From the NCBI GenBank assembly GCA_036395755.1, contig DASWCZ010000023.1:7825-71824 (forward strand): DNA of 64,000 nt, read 5' to 3'. The position numbers were made by a program, and so were the translations under genes. Position 1 is the stretch's first letter, and each line of letters opens with the position of its first letter. The DNA comes from Thermoanaerobaculia bacterium. GTDB taxonomy: Bacteria > Acidobacteriota > Thermoanaerobaculia > UBA5066 > Gp7-AA6. Below, one piece after another: positions 30,849 to 39,481 of the stretch. Under the pieces are notes generated by a model. It searched no databases. It was given only the letters and a program-made list of their open reading frames with translations, and was not told where the DNA came from.

Positions 30849-30979
30849 CAAATGAGTTCGTCGCCGTCGCGGGTGACCAGGATGTTGGGGCCCGCCTCGA
30901 TACGCGGAGACGCCGGTCCGGGCCCGGAGCCGAGCACACCGGCGGCCGCGAGACCGATCGTGAGTGAAATCCTCCTCAT
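30848..30979 (-). pseudogene. 43-aa remnant of a type-A BNR gene (signal peptide plus first 18 residues), translationally coupled between the S8 and S9c genes
   Basis: The ATG at 30979 overlaps the S8 stop (ATGA). It encodes MRRISLTIGLAAAGVLGSGPGPASPRIEAGPNILVTRDGDELI*. The matching N-termini are BNR2 (MNTRISAILAGVAGAL...KILVGPNILVSRDGNFPHV) and BNR5 (RVVVGPNILVSRDGDVPHV). Confidence 0.55.
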
Positions 30980-33900
30980 CGCGCAGCGGCGGCTGGCGGC
31001 GGCACCTCGAACCAGACCTCCGCAGCGCCGAGCGGAATCGGCTCCTTGTCTCCCTGACCGAACCGGCCGGAGAGCTTCGTCACGTCCTTGCTCGTTGCGA
31101 CGATCCGCGCCGCGAGGTGTCGCGGAGACTCTGGAAGGTGCGCGGCCCACGCGTTCGCCCGCGCCTGCCAGCGGGTCGCCGGAGCCCGCTCCTCCGGGAG
31201 GTCCGCGGCCGCGATCGCGCCGAAGCCCGGGTGGGAGAAGAAGTCGAAGTACTCGTACTCGACGGGCCCGTCGGGCGCCGAGAACGCGTCCACGACGATC
31301 ACCCAGCGGCCCGCCTTCGGGCTCGACACCTCCGCCTCCGCGCCGGCACCCACTTCGGCCGACTTGACGGCGGGAGCGCAGAGCGGCGGTGGGCGCATCG
31401 GCGACTTCTTTCCCTTCTCGAGCTCGCCCGCGGGCGCTTCGGGCGGCTTCTCAGGCTCCGTGCAGTCGAGCACGTAGAGGTCGAGGTCGGCTCTCGAGTC
31501 CTTCGGTGGCTGGACGCGGGCGAGGAGCGACGTCGTCCCCTTCGGCACGACGACCTCGTACATATGCTGCTCCCCCTGATGGATCGTCGCCCGCGAGCGG
31601 ATCGCGCTGCCGAGGTCGACCGACGCCGCGGCGGCCGCAGTCTTGCCGAGACGGTTCTCGAGAGTCAGCGTGAGCGGCTGGGACCGGTCGGCGGCGAGCG
31701 CGACCGGAGCGGGCGCCACGGCGAGCCCGACGGACGCGGCGGTCGCGGTGACGGTCACGGGGGTCGGCTTGAACGGATCCGGCGCTTCCGGGTCGAAGTT
31801 GCGCATGGCGCTGCTCGCCACATTGATCTCCCAGACGCCCGGCTGCGGATTCGCGAACGCGCACCGCGCTGGGGTCTGCCCCTGCAGGTCGAACGGGCAC
31901 GGATAGAACCCGTCCCGGTCGGGGCCGATGAGCGTGGGATAGAAGCCGGGCGCCGAAACTGCGAAGCGGAGCGCGGCGGTGCCGGGTGGTACGTCGACGA
32001 AGACGCCGACGTCGCTCGGTGTCGGCGGAACGACCTCGGCCTTGATCGAGTATCCGTTCTCCGCCGTCAGCCGGTGAGACACAACGATCGCGGCGAGGAC
32101 GCGGTGGACGTGCCCCGGGATCGACGGATGGTCGATCGAGAGGGTGGCGCTGTGCGCGCCCTCTTTCCTGGCGGTGATCTTCACCGGGACGGAAACTGGC
32201 GTGTCGAGCGGCAGCGTGACGGAGTTCGGGCTGCTGAAGACGCCCTCCTCGCCCTGCCAGGTCAAACGAAAGCTCATCGGCTCGGAGGGGCCGGACCGAC
32301 GGGTCAACGTGATCGTCCGCTCGCCTGTCTGCCCCGCGATCCACCCTTCGCGTTCGTAGAGGCCCACGCCCTCGTTCGGCGTCCGGAGCAGGGGCGACAG
32401 CTTCGTCTTCACCGGGCCCCGGCTTTCGATCGAGACGGGAGAGACCGCCTGCAGCTTCTGGAGCAGCTCGTACGCGGCACCCACCTGGATGAGCCCGTTC
32501 CCCTGCTCGTGGGCGGCGAGGCGCGCGATGTGCCGCGCGCTGCCCGTGATCGCGGCCTTCAGCTTCGCCGCGTCGTACTGGACACCGCTCTGCTTCGCGG
32601 CGCTGACGACGAGGGCGGTCGCTCCCGCGGCCATGGGCGTGGCGGTCGAGGTCCCGCCGTCGACCGAGTAGCCGGGCGGGAGCTTGTACAGGCCCTTGCG
32701 CGACTCACCCATCCGATACCCTGGATCGGTCGACATCTGGCCGGTCGGCGCGAGCAGGTCCGGCTTCAGAGCGCCGGCGCCGCTCGGACCGTGCGACAGG
32801 GCTCCCCAGTGCAGGTTGTCGTCGTTCTCCGGCATGAAGCCCCAGTTCACGCGGTAGCTCTCTTTGCTCTGATACCCGCCGACACTCACCGCCCCCGGCG
32901 CGAGGCCGTCCTCCGCGACGAACGCGAACGCCGGAGAGTTGTCTCCCGGCACGAACAGCAGCTTCTGGTAGCGGTCGATCAACCGCTGCGCGATCACGCT
33001 GATCGGGTGCGTGCCATCGGAGAGCAGGTAGGAGATCGACGCGATCGCGACGGATTGCTCGAGCACGACGAGATCGACCAGCGGGTGCTTGAAAGCGGCG
33101 ATCAGTCCTTCAATCAGGCCGTGGGCGTTGCTGACCCCGTAGTACATCGAGACAATCCGTGCTCCCGGCGCGACCCCCTGGAGCCGTCCCTTCGGCTCGC
33201 GGTTCCCGACGACGGAGCCCATGATGATTGTGGCGTGCTGGTAGACGCCGGCGTTGATCGAGACGAAATTGTTCTTCCGATCGGTCTGGACCGTGAAGCC
33301 GATCGACTCGCGCACGGGCGTGCTCGGGTCGTCCTTGCCGAAGACGCCGACGTCGGACCTCACGATGTAGTCCGTCATCGCCTTCTCGTCGGTGAAGTCG
33401 AGGTTACGGTTCGTGTCGACCCAGACGTCGTTCGTCTTCTCGTCCCACACGACTCCGAAGAGCCCGTCGTCGCCTTTCGGGTTTCCGTCACGGTCGACGT
33501 CCTGGTCGATGTAGGCCGCATTCGAGTCCATGTTGAAGCGTCGCTCCGAGAATAGGCCGACGCGGAACGAGCCGGAGCGCGGGGCGCGGAACGTCTTTCC
33601 GCCGAACTTGATCTTGCCGCCTCTCGAAGTCACCGTCGCCTTCATGTCGACCCACTGGGGGTTGATCTCCGCGTCGTCCCGCGGATCCGTGACGTTCAGA
33701 AAGTCGGCGATCTTCGGGATCGGCTTGCCGTCGAGGGCGTAGGCCGTTTGGAATTCCGGGAGGAGCAGGTCGAGATTCCCGTCCAGGAGTGCGATCGTGA
33801 CGCCGCGCCCGTCCCACGTCGGATGCTTCGCGCGAAACTCCTCCGCCCCCAGATCCTTGATCGGCGAATAGGGTTCCTGAAGGGGATAGTCGGTCAGCCG

Positions 33901-34347
33901 CGGCGGCCACTTCGCCGGGGTCTGCGGAGGGGCGCTTTCAGCTAGTGGCTGCAGCGCCGGAGCTCCGGGCCCCGCGCCCGCGCCGAGGCGAAACGGCCAG
34001 GCGTCGTCATAGTCCATCGCCGCCGACTCGACCGCGTCGAGCTCGGTGAGCTCGGTCGCGCTGTCGATCGGGAGGCGGACCCGGAGGTATCCGACCTCGT
34101 CTTCCCGGTAGCGCACGTCTCCTCCGAGTCGCGCGGCCTCTCGGGCGACCTCGGAGGCGCCGGCTGGCTTCGCCGCGATCAACAGGGAAACCTCCTTGCG
34201 CCCCTGGGCACGCGCGATCGCGAGCGACTGCCGACTGTCTTTGAACAAGCGCGGGCGGGGGCGGAGAGGATTGCCGGACTGCGGCGCGGCGACGAGTGCG
34301 GAAGAGAGGAGGAGAACCAGACTCGCGGCGATCGACCGACGTGTCAT
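30976..34347 (-). CDS. Large secreted S8 family serine peptidase (1123 aa, tripeptidyl-peptidase II-like architecture)
   Basis: Signal peptide MTRRSIAASLVLLLSSALVAA. The motifs are an Asp region GRGVTIALLDGNLD, a His region HATIIMGSVVGN and a Ser region GGTSTATPMAAGATALV. Long insertions and a C-terminal extension resemble the TPPII class. Confidence 0.7.
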   Translation of the reverse strand: MTRRSIAASLVLLLSSALVAAPQSGNPLRPRPRLFKDSRQSLAIARAQGRKEVSLLIAAKPAGASEVAREAARLGGDVRYREDEVGYLRVRLPIDSATELTELDAVESAAMDYDDAWPFRLGAGAGPGAPALQPLAESAPPQTPAKWPPRLTDYPLQEPYSPIKDLGAEEFRAKHPTWDGRGVTIALLDGNLDLLLPEFQTAYALDGKPIPKIADFLNVTDPRDDAEINPQWVDMKATVTSRGGKIKFGGKTFRAPRSGSFRVGLFSERRFNMDSNAAYIDQDVDRDGNPKGDDGLFGVVWDEKTNDVWVDTNRNLDFTDEKAMTDYIVRSDVGVFGKDDPSTPVRESIGFTVQTDRKNNFVSINAGVYQHATIIMGSVVGNREPKGRLQGVAPGARIVSMYYGVSNAHGLIEGLIAAFKHPLVDLVVLEQSVAIASISYLLSDGTHPISVIAQRLIDRYQKLLFVPGDNSPAFAFVAEDGLAPGAVSVGGYQSKESYRVNWGFMPENDDNLHWGALSHGPSGAGALKPDLLAPTGQMSTDPGYRMGESRKGLYKLPPGYSVDGGTSTATPMAAGATALVVSAAKQSGVQYDAAKLKAAITGSARHIARLAAHEQGNGLIQVGAAYELLQKLQAVSPVSIESRGPVKTKLSPLLRTPNEGVGLYEREGWIAGQTGERTITLTRRSGPSEPMSFRLTWQGEEGVFSSPNSVTLPLDTPVSVPVKITARKEGAHSATLSIDHPSIPGHVHRVLAAIVVSHRLTAENGYSIKAEVVPPTPSDVGVFVDVPPGTAALRFAVSAPGFYPTLIGPDRDGFYPCPFDLQGQTPARCAFANPQPGVWEINVASSAMRNFDPEAPDPFKPTPVTVTATAASVGLAVAPAPVALAADRSQPLTLTLENRLGKTAAAAASVDLGSAIRSRATIHQGEQHMYEVVVPKGTTSLLARVQPPKDSRADLDLYVLDCTEPEKPPEAPAGELEKGKKSPMRPPPLCAPAVKSAEVGAGAEAEVSSPKAGRWVIVVDAFSAPDGPVEYEYFDFFSHPGFGAIAAADLPEERAPATRWQARANAWAAHLPESPRHLAARIVATSKDVTKLSGRFGQGDKEPIPLGAAEVWFEVPPPAAAAR

Positions 34348-34481
34348 GGGTGCTCCTGGTCGGGCGGCGGGGGCGGGGCGTCGCGCGAGACCGCCGCGAA
34401 TCCCGATCCGACCAGCCCGACGAGGAACCTCGGAAACATCGGACCTCCCCTGGCTTGCGCGGTCGCGCAGAGCTCGCTCCG

Positions 34482-36374
34482 CTACGGCGTCGAAGCGAGC
34501 ATTCCGACCGCTTTGAGCGTGAGACTCGGAGTCTTGTCCGGATCGACCATCTGGAAGTGCAAAACGACGGGATTCGTCTGCGCTCCCGGCTCGAGAGCTT
34601 CGGAGCCGGCGATCGCTCCCCCGAATTCGAAGACCGCTCCTTCCCTCGGCTTCCGGTTCGCGGAGTTCACTGCGGAGGGAGCGTTCGCCGCGTTGCGTTT
34701 CTTGTCGTCTTCGCTCTCGTACTTGGGAAACCCGAAGCCGACGACCTCGACCCGGATCGGCGGATAGATCGGCTTGTCCGAGACGTTCTTCAGGCGAACC
34801 GGGATCTCGACCTGTTTCTTCACGAGATCGGTTCGCGTGGGATCGAAGAGAAACTCGACCTTTCCGAGGAGCGAGGACTCGACGCGCGGCGCTTCGGGCG
34901 GTTTCGCTGCGGGCGGACTCTGCGCCGCGGCTTTCTCCTCCTTCTTCGGAGGCAGCTCGACGCGGACGCTCGCCGTGTAGATCTGGAACGTGCCGCTGCG
35001 CGAGTCCGCCCAGAATGGATGGAACCCCCCGTCCCGATCGGCGGCGAGCCCCATATAGTCTCCGCCGGACTCCCAGCGGCTCGTCGCCGAGAGCATCGAC
35101 AGATAGAACCCGTCCGGATCCGACCAGACGACCGGCGAGATGCGTCCGTTGCCGGCGCCCTTCCGCCGCGACGGTTCGGATGAGACGCGCACGGTCGGGA
35201 GGAAGGTCTCACCGCCGTCGGTCGAAGCGGCGAAATACTGGTGATAGGCGTTCCCGTCGGAGGAGTTGCGCGTGTCGTACCAGGTGACGGCCACCAATCC
35301 GTCGCCGTTGACCGCGACCGCGGGTTGGAACTGGTGGGTCGACGCCGGCACTTTCGCGTCGATCGGCTTCGGAGCCGACCAGGTCTTGCCCCGGTCGGTC
35401 GAGCGCGAGAAGAGAATCCGGTAGGGACCCTTCTGGTAGTCCTCCCAGACCACGTACACGCGGTCGGGATGCGACTTGGACGCTCCCGACGTCGCGAACT
35501 TCGGGAATCCCGCGGTCGGCGGCGGCGAGCCGTAGTCCACGTGGTAGTTCTGCGCGACCACTTTGGTCGGCTTCGAGAAAGTTACTCCGCCGTCGGAGGA
35601 GCTCACGATCCAGAGGTTGCTGGTCGTGTTCGTCCCGTCCTTCGGCCGCTTGTCCGGGAGGAACTGAAAGTCTCCGTACGGAACGATGAGGGTGCCATCG
35701 GACAGCACGAGGGGCGTGACGTCGTTGATTCCGATCTTCCCGCCGCCGTTGGCGGCCTCGACCGGTCCCGTCCAGCTTCGTCCGTCGTCGTCGGATCGAA
35801 AGACACCGACCCGATAGACCGGGTAGTCGTAGAGGGCACCCACGTAGATTCGGCCCGCGAAACGGCCGGCAGTCTGATCCACGACGATCTGCTCGTGGTC
35901 CCAGGACGGGCGGCAGGGGATCTCGGTCGAAGGGAGCCAGCTCTTCCCGGCGTCCTCCGATCGCCAGACGTGCATGCTCGAGCAGTCCTTCCCCTGCTCA
36001 CTCCTGTTCATCGTCAGCGCGATGAACAATGCGGTGCCGCGCGCCGTGAAAGCGACCTGCGGATCGGCTCCGCCGAACTCGACTTGCTCCGGAAACTCCG
36101 AGGCCTTCCAGGTCATGCCGCCGTCCGTCGAGGAATACGTCCGGCACGCCATCCCGCCGTTCGGCCGCGTGGCTGTGATCGCGCCTCCAATCAGGTGCTT
36201 CCCGCTGCGCGGGCTCGTCGCGACCATGAGCTCGACGTGCGGCACGTCCCCATCGCGGGAGACGAGAATGTTCGGGCCGACGACCACGCGGGGAGCCGTC
36301 GAATCTCCCGCCGCCGCCGCGAGCGGCGCGGCGGCGGAGAGCAAGAGCACCGGCGCGAGGAACCGCGTCGTCAT
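34482..36374 (-). CDS. Secreted BNR/Asp-box repeat protein (type A) with a C-terminal unknown domain; paralog 5
   Basis: Signal peptide MTTRFLAPVLLLSAAAPLAAAAG. It has RVVVGPNILVSRDGDVPHVELM and Asp-boxes (STDGGMTWK, SEDAGKSWL, SDDDGRSWT, SSDGGVTFS, STDRGKTWS, ASTDGGETF). The C-terminal ...SLLGKVEFLFDPTRTD...PIYPPIRVEVVGFGF... is near-collinear with paralog 2. Confidence 0.75.
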   Translation of the reverse strand: MTTRFLAPVLLLSAAAPLAAAAGDSTAPRVVVGPNILVSRDGDVPHVELMVATSPRSGKHLIGGAITATRPNGGMACRTYSSTDGGMTWKASEFPEQVEFGGADPQVAFTARGTALFIALTMNRSEQGKDCSSMHVWRSEDAGKSWLPSTEIPCRPSWDHEQIVVDQTAGRFAGRIYVGALYDYPVYRVGVFRSDDDGRSWTGPVEAANGGGKIGINDVTPLVLSDGTLIVPYGDFQFLPDKRPKDGTNTTSNLWIVSSSDGGVTFSKPTKVVAQNYHVDYGSPPPTAGFPKFATSGASKSHPDRVYVVWEDYQKGPYRILFSRSTDRGKTWSAPKPIDAKVPASTHQFQPAVAVNGDGLVAVTWYDTRNSSDGNAYHQYFAASTDGGETFLPTVRVSSEPSRRKGAGNGRISPVVWSDPDGFYLSMLSATSRWESGGDYMGLAADRDGGFHPFWADSRSGTFQIYTASVRVELPPKKEEKAAAQSPPAAKPPEAPRVESSLLGKVEFLFDPTRTDLVKKQVEIPVRLKNVSDKPIYPPIRVEVVGFGFPKYESEDDKKRNAANAPSAVNSANRKPREGAVFEFGGAIAGSEALEPGAQTNPVVLHFQMVDPDKTPSLTLKAVGMLASTP

Positions 36375-36394
36375 GCGAGTCCTTCTCTTTCCGC

Positions 36395-39199
36395 TCAGAA
36401 CTCGACGCGAAGGCCGAAGCGGGTCTGACGCCCGGCGGTCAGCGAGTAGGGTTTCCCGAACGAGCTGACGGGCGTCCCGCGGCGGGCCGATTCCCTCCCG
36501 TAGGTTCCGTTGATATCGTTCAAGATGTTGGTGTTCGAGTCGTACTGCGTGTTGAAGACGTTCAGAACGTCGACGACGCCGGTGACCGTCACCGCGCCGA
36601 GACCGAACTCCTTCGCGAGACGGAGATTCAGGAGGCTTGCACTGGGCTCGCGGCGCGCATCTCTCGGTTCGAGATAGATCGTCTGGCCGTACGGATCACA
36701 CTGCAGGTTGGTCGTATAACAGTACTGGACGGCGCCGTACGGGCGTCCTCGGAGCCACCGGTAATCCCACCCGAAATTGATCCGAGCCGGGAGCGCATAG
36801 TTGCCCCGGAACTTGATCTGCCACGGCCGCTCCTGAGAGAGAACGGCATCTCTGTAGAACGGGTTCTTCTCGAAGTTCGGGTCCGTGTCGACGCCGTTGG
36901 TGCAGAGAGAGAGCACGCCGCACTCGTTGTTATCCCGGGTCCCGCGGCTGCGCTCGTAGGTCACCGAGCCGGAGAGGAAGAGCTTGTCTGTCGGAGTCGC
37001 GCGCGCCTCGAGGATCGCGAGCTGGTTGCGCTGGAAATTGAACGCGCGGTTCCCGAGCGCGAACTGCCGCGGCCCCCCGCCGGTGACGGTGTAGTAGGTG
37101 ATGTCTCGACCGGTGAAGTCGGAGTGGTAGGTGACGGGCTCGTACGTGTTCGGGTTGGCGAACTGCGTCAGGACGATGAATTGATTCTGGTGGCGGTTGA
37201 TGTAGTTGAAGGCGATCGAGAAGCGGTTGCTGAACTGGTGCTCGAGGCCGACGTTGAAGACGTCGCTCTTCGGGTTCTTGATGCCCGACTCGACCGGGAT
37301 CGCGAGACTATCGAAGACCGCGGTCTGATTGGCAGGCTGGATGACCAGATCGATCAGGTGCTGGTAGTCCCGCGGGTTGAGGTTTTCGGTCGTGACGAGC
37401 CCGTAGTAGGTGACCACCCCCTGCCCGGTCCCCGCGTACGTGGCGGGGCCGTACGTCGGGACCTTTTCGTAATAGCGGCCGGCACCGACGCGCGCGACGG
37501 TGTGCCCGTTGCCCGCGAAGTCGTACGTGAACCCGAAGCGCGGGGCCCAGTCGTCGAACTTGAGCAGCGTCTTCCCCGTGTTGTCGTCGGTCGTGGTCGG
37601 GTGGTCGTATCGGATACCGAGGCTCACCGTCGCGCGGCTCGACAGTGTCACCTTGTCCTGGACGAACGCGCCGGGGCGTTTCAGCGTGTTCTTGGTGTGG
37701 TAGTTGTATCCGACGATCCCGCCGAGGTAGTTCTGCCCCCCGCCGAACGGGATGATGTAGAGGATCACGTTGTGGTTCGAGGTCAGGTCCTGCTTCGAGT
37801 TCGCCCTCTCGTACTCGACGCCGCCCTTGAACTCGTGCGAGGCCCCGAGGAAGTGGTCCGCGTAATGCGTCACGTTCAGGACGCCCTGGTCGCGGGTCGG
37901 CTTCTGCTTGCGTGTGAATCCCGTCGAGTTGTAGTTCAGACCGTCCCGGGCGTCGTAGACATTGACCGCGTCGGAGTTCGGCAGCCGGTCGAGATAACCC
38001 CGAACCCCGGCGTAACGGAGCTCGCTGATCGTCGTCGTGCCCCACGTCGAGACCCAGGAGAGGAAGCCGACCTGGGTGTTCTGCTTGTAGGTGCGGGTGA
38101 CCTCGGCGCCGGTCCCTGCCTGCGCCCCGACGTTCGAGTTCTTGACCGGGTCGGCGTTGTACATGGCGGTGAAGGTGTTCGTCGTGTTCGCGAGGAAGTC
38201 GACCCGCGCCTGGAAGCCGCCGCGCTTCAGTTTCTCGTAGAAGAGGTCTTCATCGGGCGCGTCCGGCGGCCGCACCTGGTTGTTCGCGTAAGAGCCGGAG
38301 AGAAAGAACGTCAGCTTTTCGGGGATGATCGGGCCGCCGACGTACAAATCGGCCTCGTAGTCGTATTTCGCGTGCTGCGCCTTGAGATCCAGGATCCCCT
38401 TCGAGTTGTCGGCTTGGAGAGAGTGGTCGGAGTAGTACCCCGTGGCGCCGCCGTGGAAGGCGTTCGTGCCCGCCTTGGTCACCACGTTGACGAGCGCTCC
38501 CGTGTAGTTCGAATACTCGGCGGACGCTCCCGGGCCGACGACCTGGATCTCCTGGATCGTGTCGTAGTTCGGCTTGACCCAGCTGTTCCCGAACTGGAGG
38601 TTGTTCACGTTGACGCCGTTGACCTCGTAGTTGTTCGTCGCCGCCCCGAGCCCGAACCGGTCGTAGCCCTCCGTCGTCCCGCCGGCGCCATAGGCGGCCC
38701 GGTTGGTGATTCCGGGCGCCGTGTCGACAACCTCGAGGAAGTTCCGGTTGTTCGGGAGCTCCTTCAACCGCTCCGCGCTGTAGCTCGTCGCGATCTGCGC
38801 GGAGGTCTTGTCGATGATGGGGGCCTCTCCTTCGACCGAGACGCTCGCAGTGGTCCGACCGACCTGGAGCACGACGGGCGCGTTGGAAGTCCGACCGACG
38901 TTGACGGTGACGGCGAGCTTCTGCGAGCCGAACCCCTCTTTGGTGATCGTCAATTCGTAATCTCCCGGCTTGATGTTCGGGAATCGAAAGGCGCCCCTCT
39001 CGTTCGAGGTCGCCGTGACCTCCTTTTGAATGAGGTTCACGCCGGTCAGAACGACCGTTGCCCCGGGAATCGGGGTCCCTTCCTCGGATTGCACCAGCCC
39101 CGAAATATCTCCGCCGGTTTGGACGTCGGCCAGGGCGGCCGCGCAGGGCAGCGCGACGCCGAGAGCGAGGGCAAAGCCGATCCTTGCGATCTTCCGCAT
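36395..39199 (-). CDS. TonB-dependent outer-membrane receptor with an N-terminal carboxypeptidase-regulatory-like (CarboxypepD_reg) domain
   Basis: Signal peptide MRKIARIGFALALGVALPCAAALA. A CarboxypepD_reg-like beta-sandwich (GTPIPGATVVLTG...SNERGAFRFPNIKPGDYELTITKEGF) precedes the plug and a 22-strand barrel. The C-terminal ...RFGLRVEF ends in an aromatic residue. It is the first gene of the co-directional array. Confidence 0.8.
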   Translation of the reverse strand: MRKIARIGFALALGVALPCAAALADVQTGGDISGLVQSEEGTPIPGATVVLTGVNLIQKEVTATSNERGAFRFPNIKPGDYELTITKEGFGSQKLAVTVNVGRTSNAPVVLQVGRTTASVSVEGEAPIIDKTSAQIATSYSAERLKELPNNRNFLEVVDTAPGITNRAAYGAGGTTEGYDRFGLGAATNNYEVNGVNVNNLQFGNSWVKPNYDTIQEIQVVGPGASAEYSNYTGALVNVVTKAGTNAFHGGATGYYSDHSLQADNSKGILDLKAQHAKYDYEADLYVGGPIIPEKLTFFLSGSYANNQVRPPDAPDEDLFYEKLKRGGFQARVDFLANTTNTFTAMYNADPVKNSNVGAQAGTGAEVTRTYKQNTQVGFLSWVSTWGTTTISELRYAGVRGYLDRLPNSDAVNVYDARDGLNYNSTGFTRKQKPTRDQGVLNVTHYADHFLGASHEFKGGVEYERANSKQDLTSNHNVILYIIPFGGGQNYLGGIVGYNYHTKNTLKRPGAFVQDKVTLSSRATVSLGIRYDHPTTTDDNTGKTLLKFDDWAPRFGFTYDFAGNGHTVARVGAGRYYEKVPTYGPATYAGTGQGVVTYYGLVTTENLNPRDYQHLIDLVIQPANQTAVFDSLAIPVESGIKNPKSDVFNVGLEHQFSNRFSIAFNYINRHQNQFIVLTQFANPNTYEPVTYHSDFTGRDITYYTVTGGGPRQFALGNRAFNFQRNQLAILEARATPTDKLFLSGSVTYERSRGTRDNNECGVLSLCTNGVDTDPNFEKNPFYRDAVLSQERPWQIKFRGNYALPARINFGWDYRWLRGRPYGAVQYCYTTNLQCDPYGQTIYLEPRDARREPSASLLNLRLAKEFGLGAVTVTGVVDVLNVFNTQYDSNTNILNDINGTYGRESARRGTPVSSFGKPYSLTAGRQTRFGLRVEF

Positions 39200-39481
39200 C
39201 TCCCACCCCTCCTGCCGCCCCGGGGGCGGCGAATAGCATCAATCATCAAACGTGATTAGTGTGGCAGAGCCTACCGAAACGGGCCGGGGGGAGTCAACCC
39301 GGGTTTCCCCAGGCGAATTTTCTGGTGCCTGGCCGCGTTCTGACCGGCTCGAAGAGCCGGTGCAGGAGAGCTAAGAAAGAGATTAGACTCACCACAGATG
39401 AGTGATCGGGATCGAAAATCCCGGCTCAGCCTACCGAGGTAGAAGACCCGAGCCCGTAGACAGTAGGTAGAAAGAAGAGAC
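39200..39481. promoter_or_regulatory. Divergent promoter/operator region between the TBDR-headed array and the GntR-family regulator
   Basis: This 282-bp intergenic region has locally lower GC (AAGAAAGAGATTAGACTCACCACAGATGAGTGATCGGGATCGAAAATC). It contains the palindrome AATCA-N7-TGATT (around 39232–39248) and the direct repeat GCCTACCGA (around 39282 and 39428). The second copy sits inside CTACC-GAG-GTAG. Confidence 0.4.
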
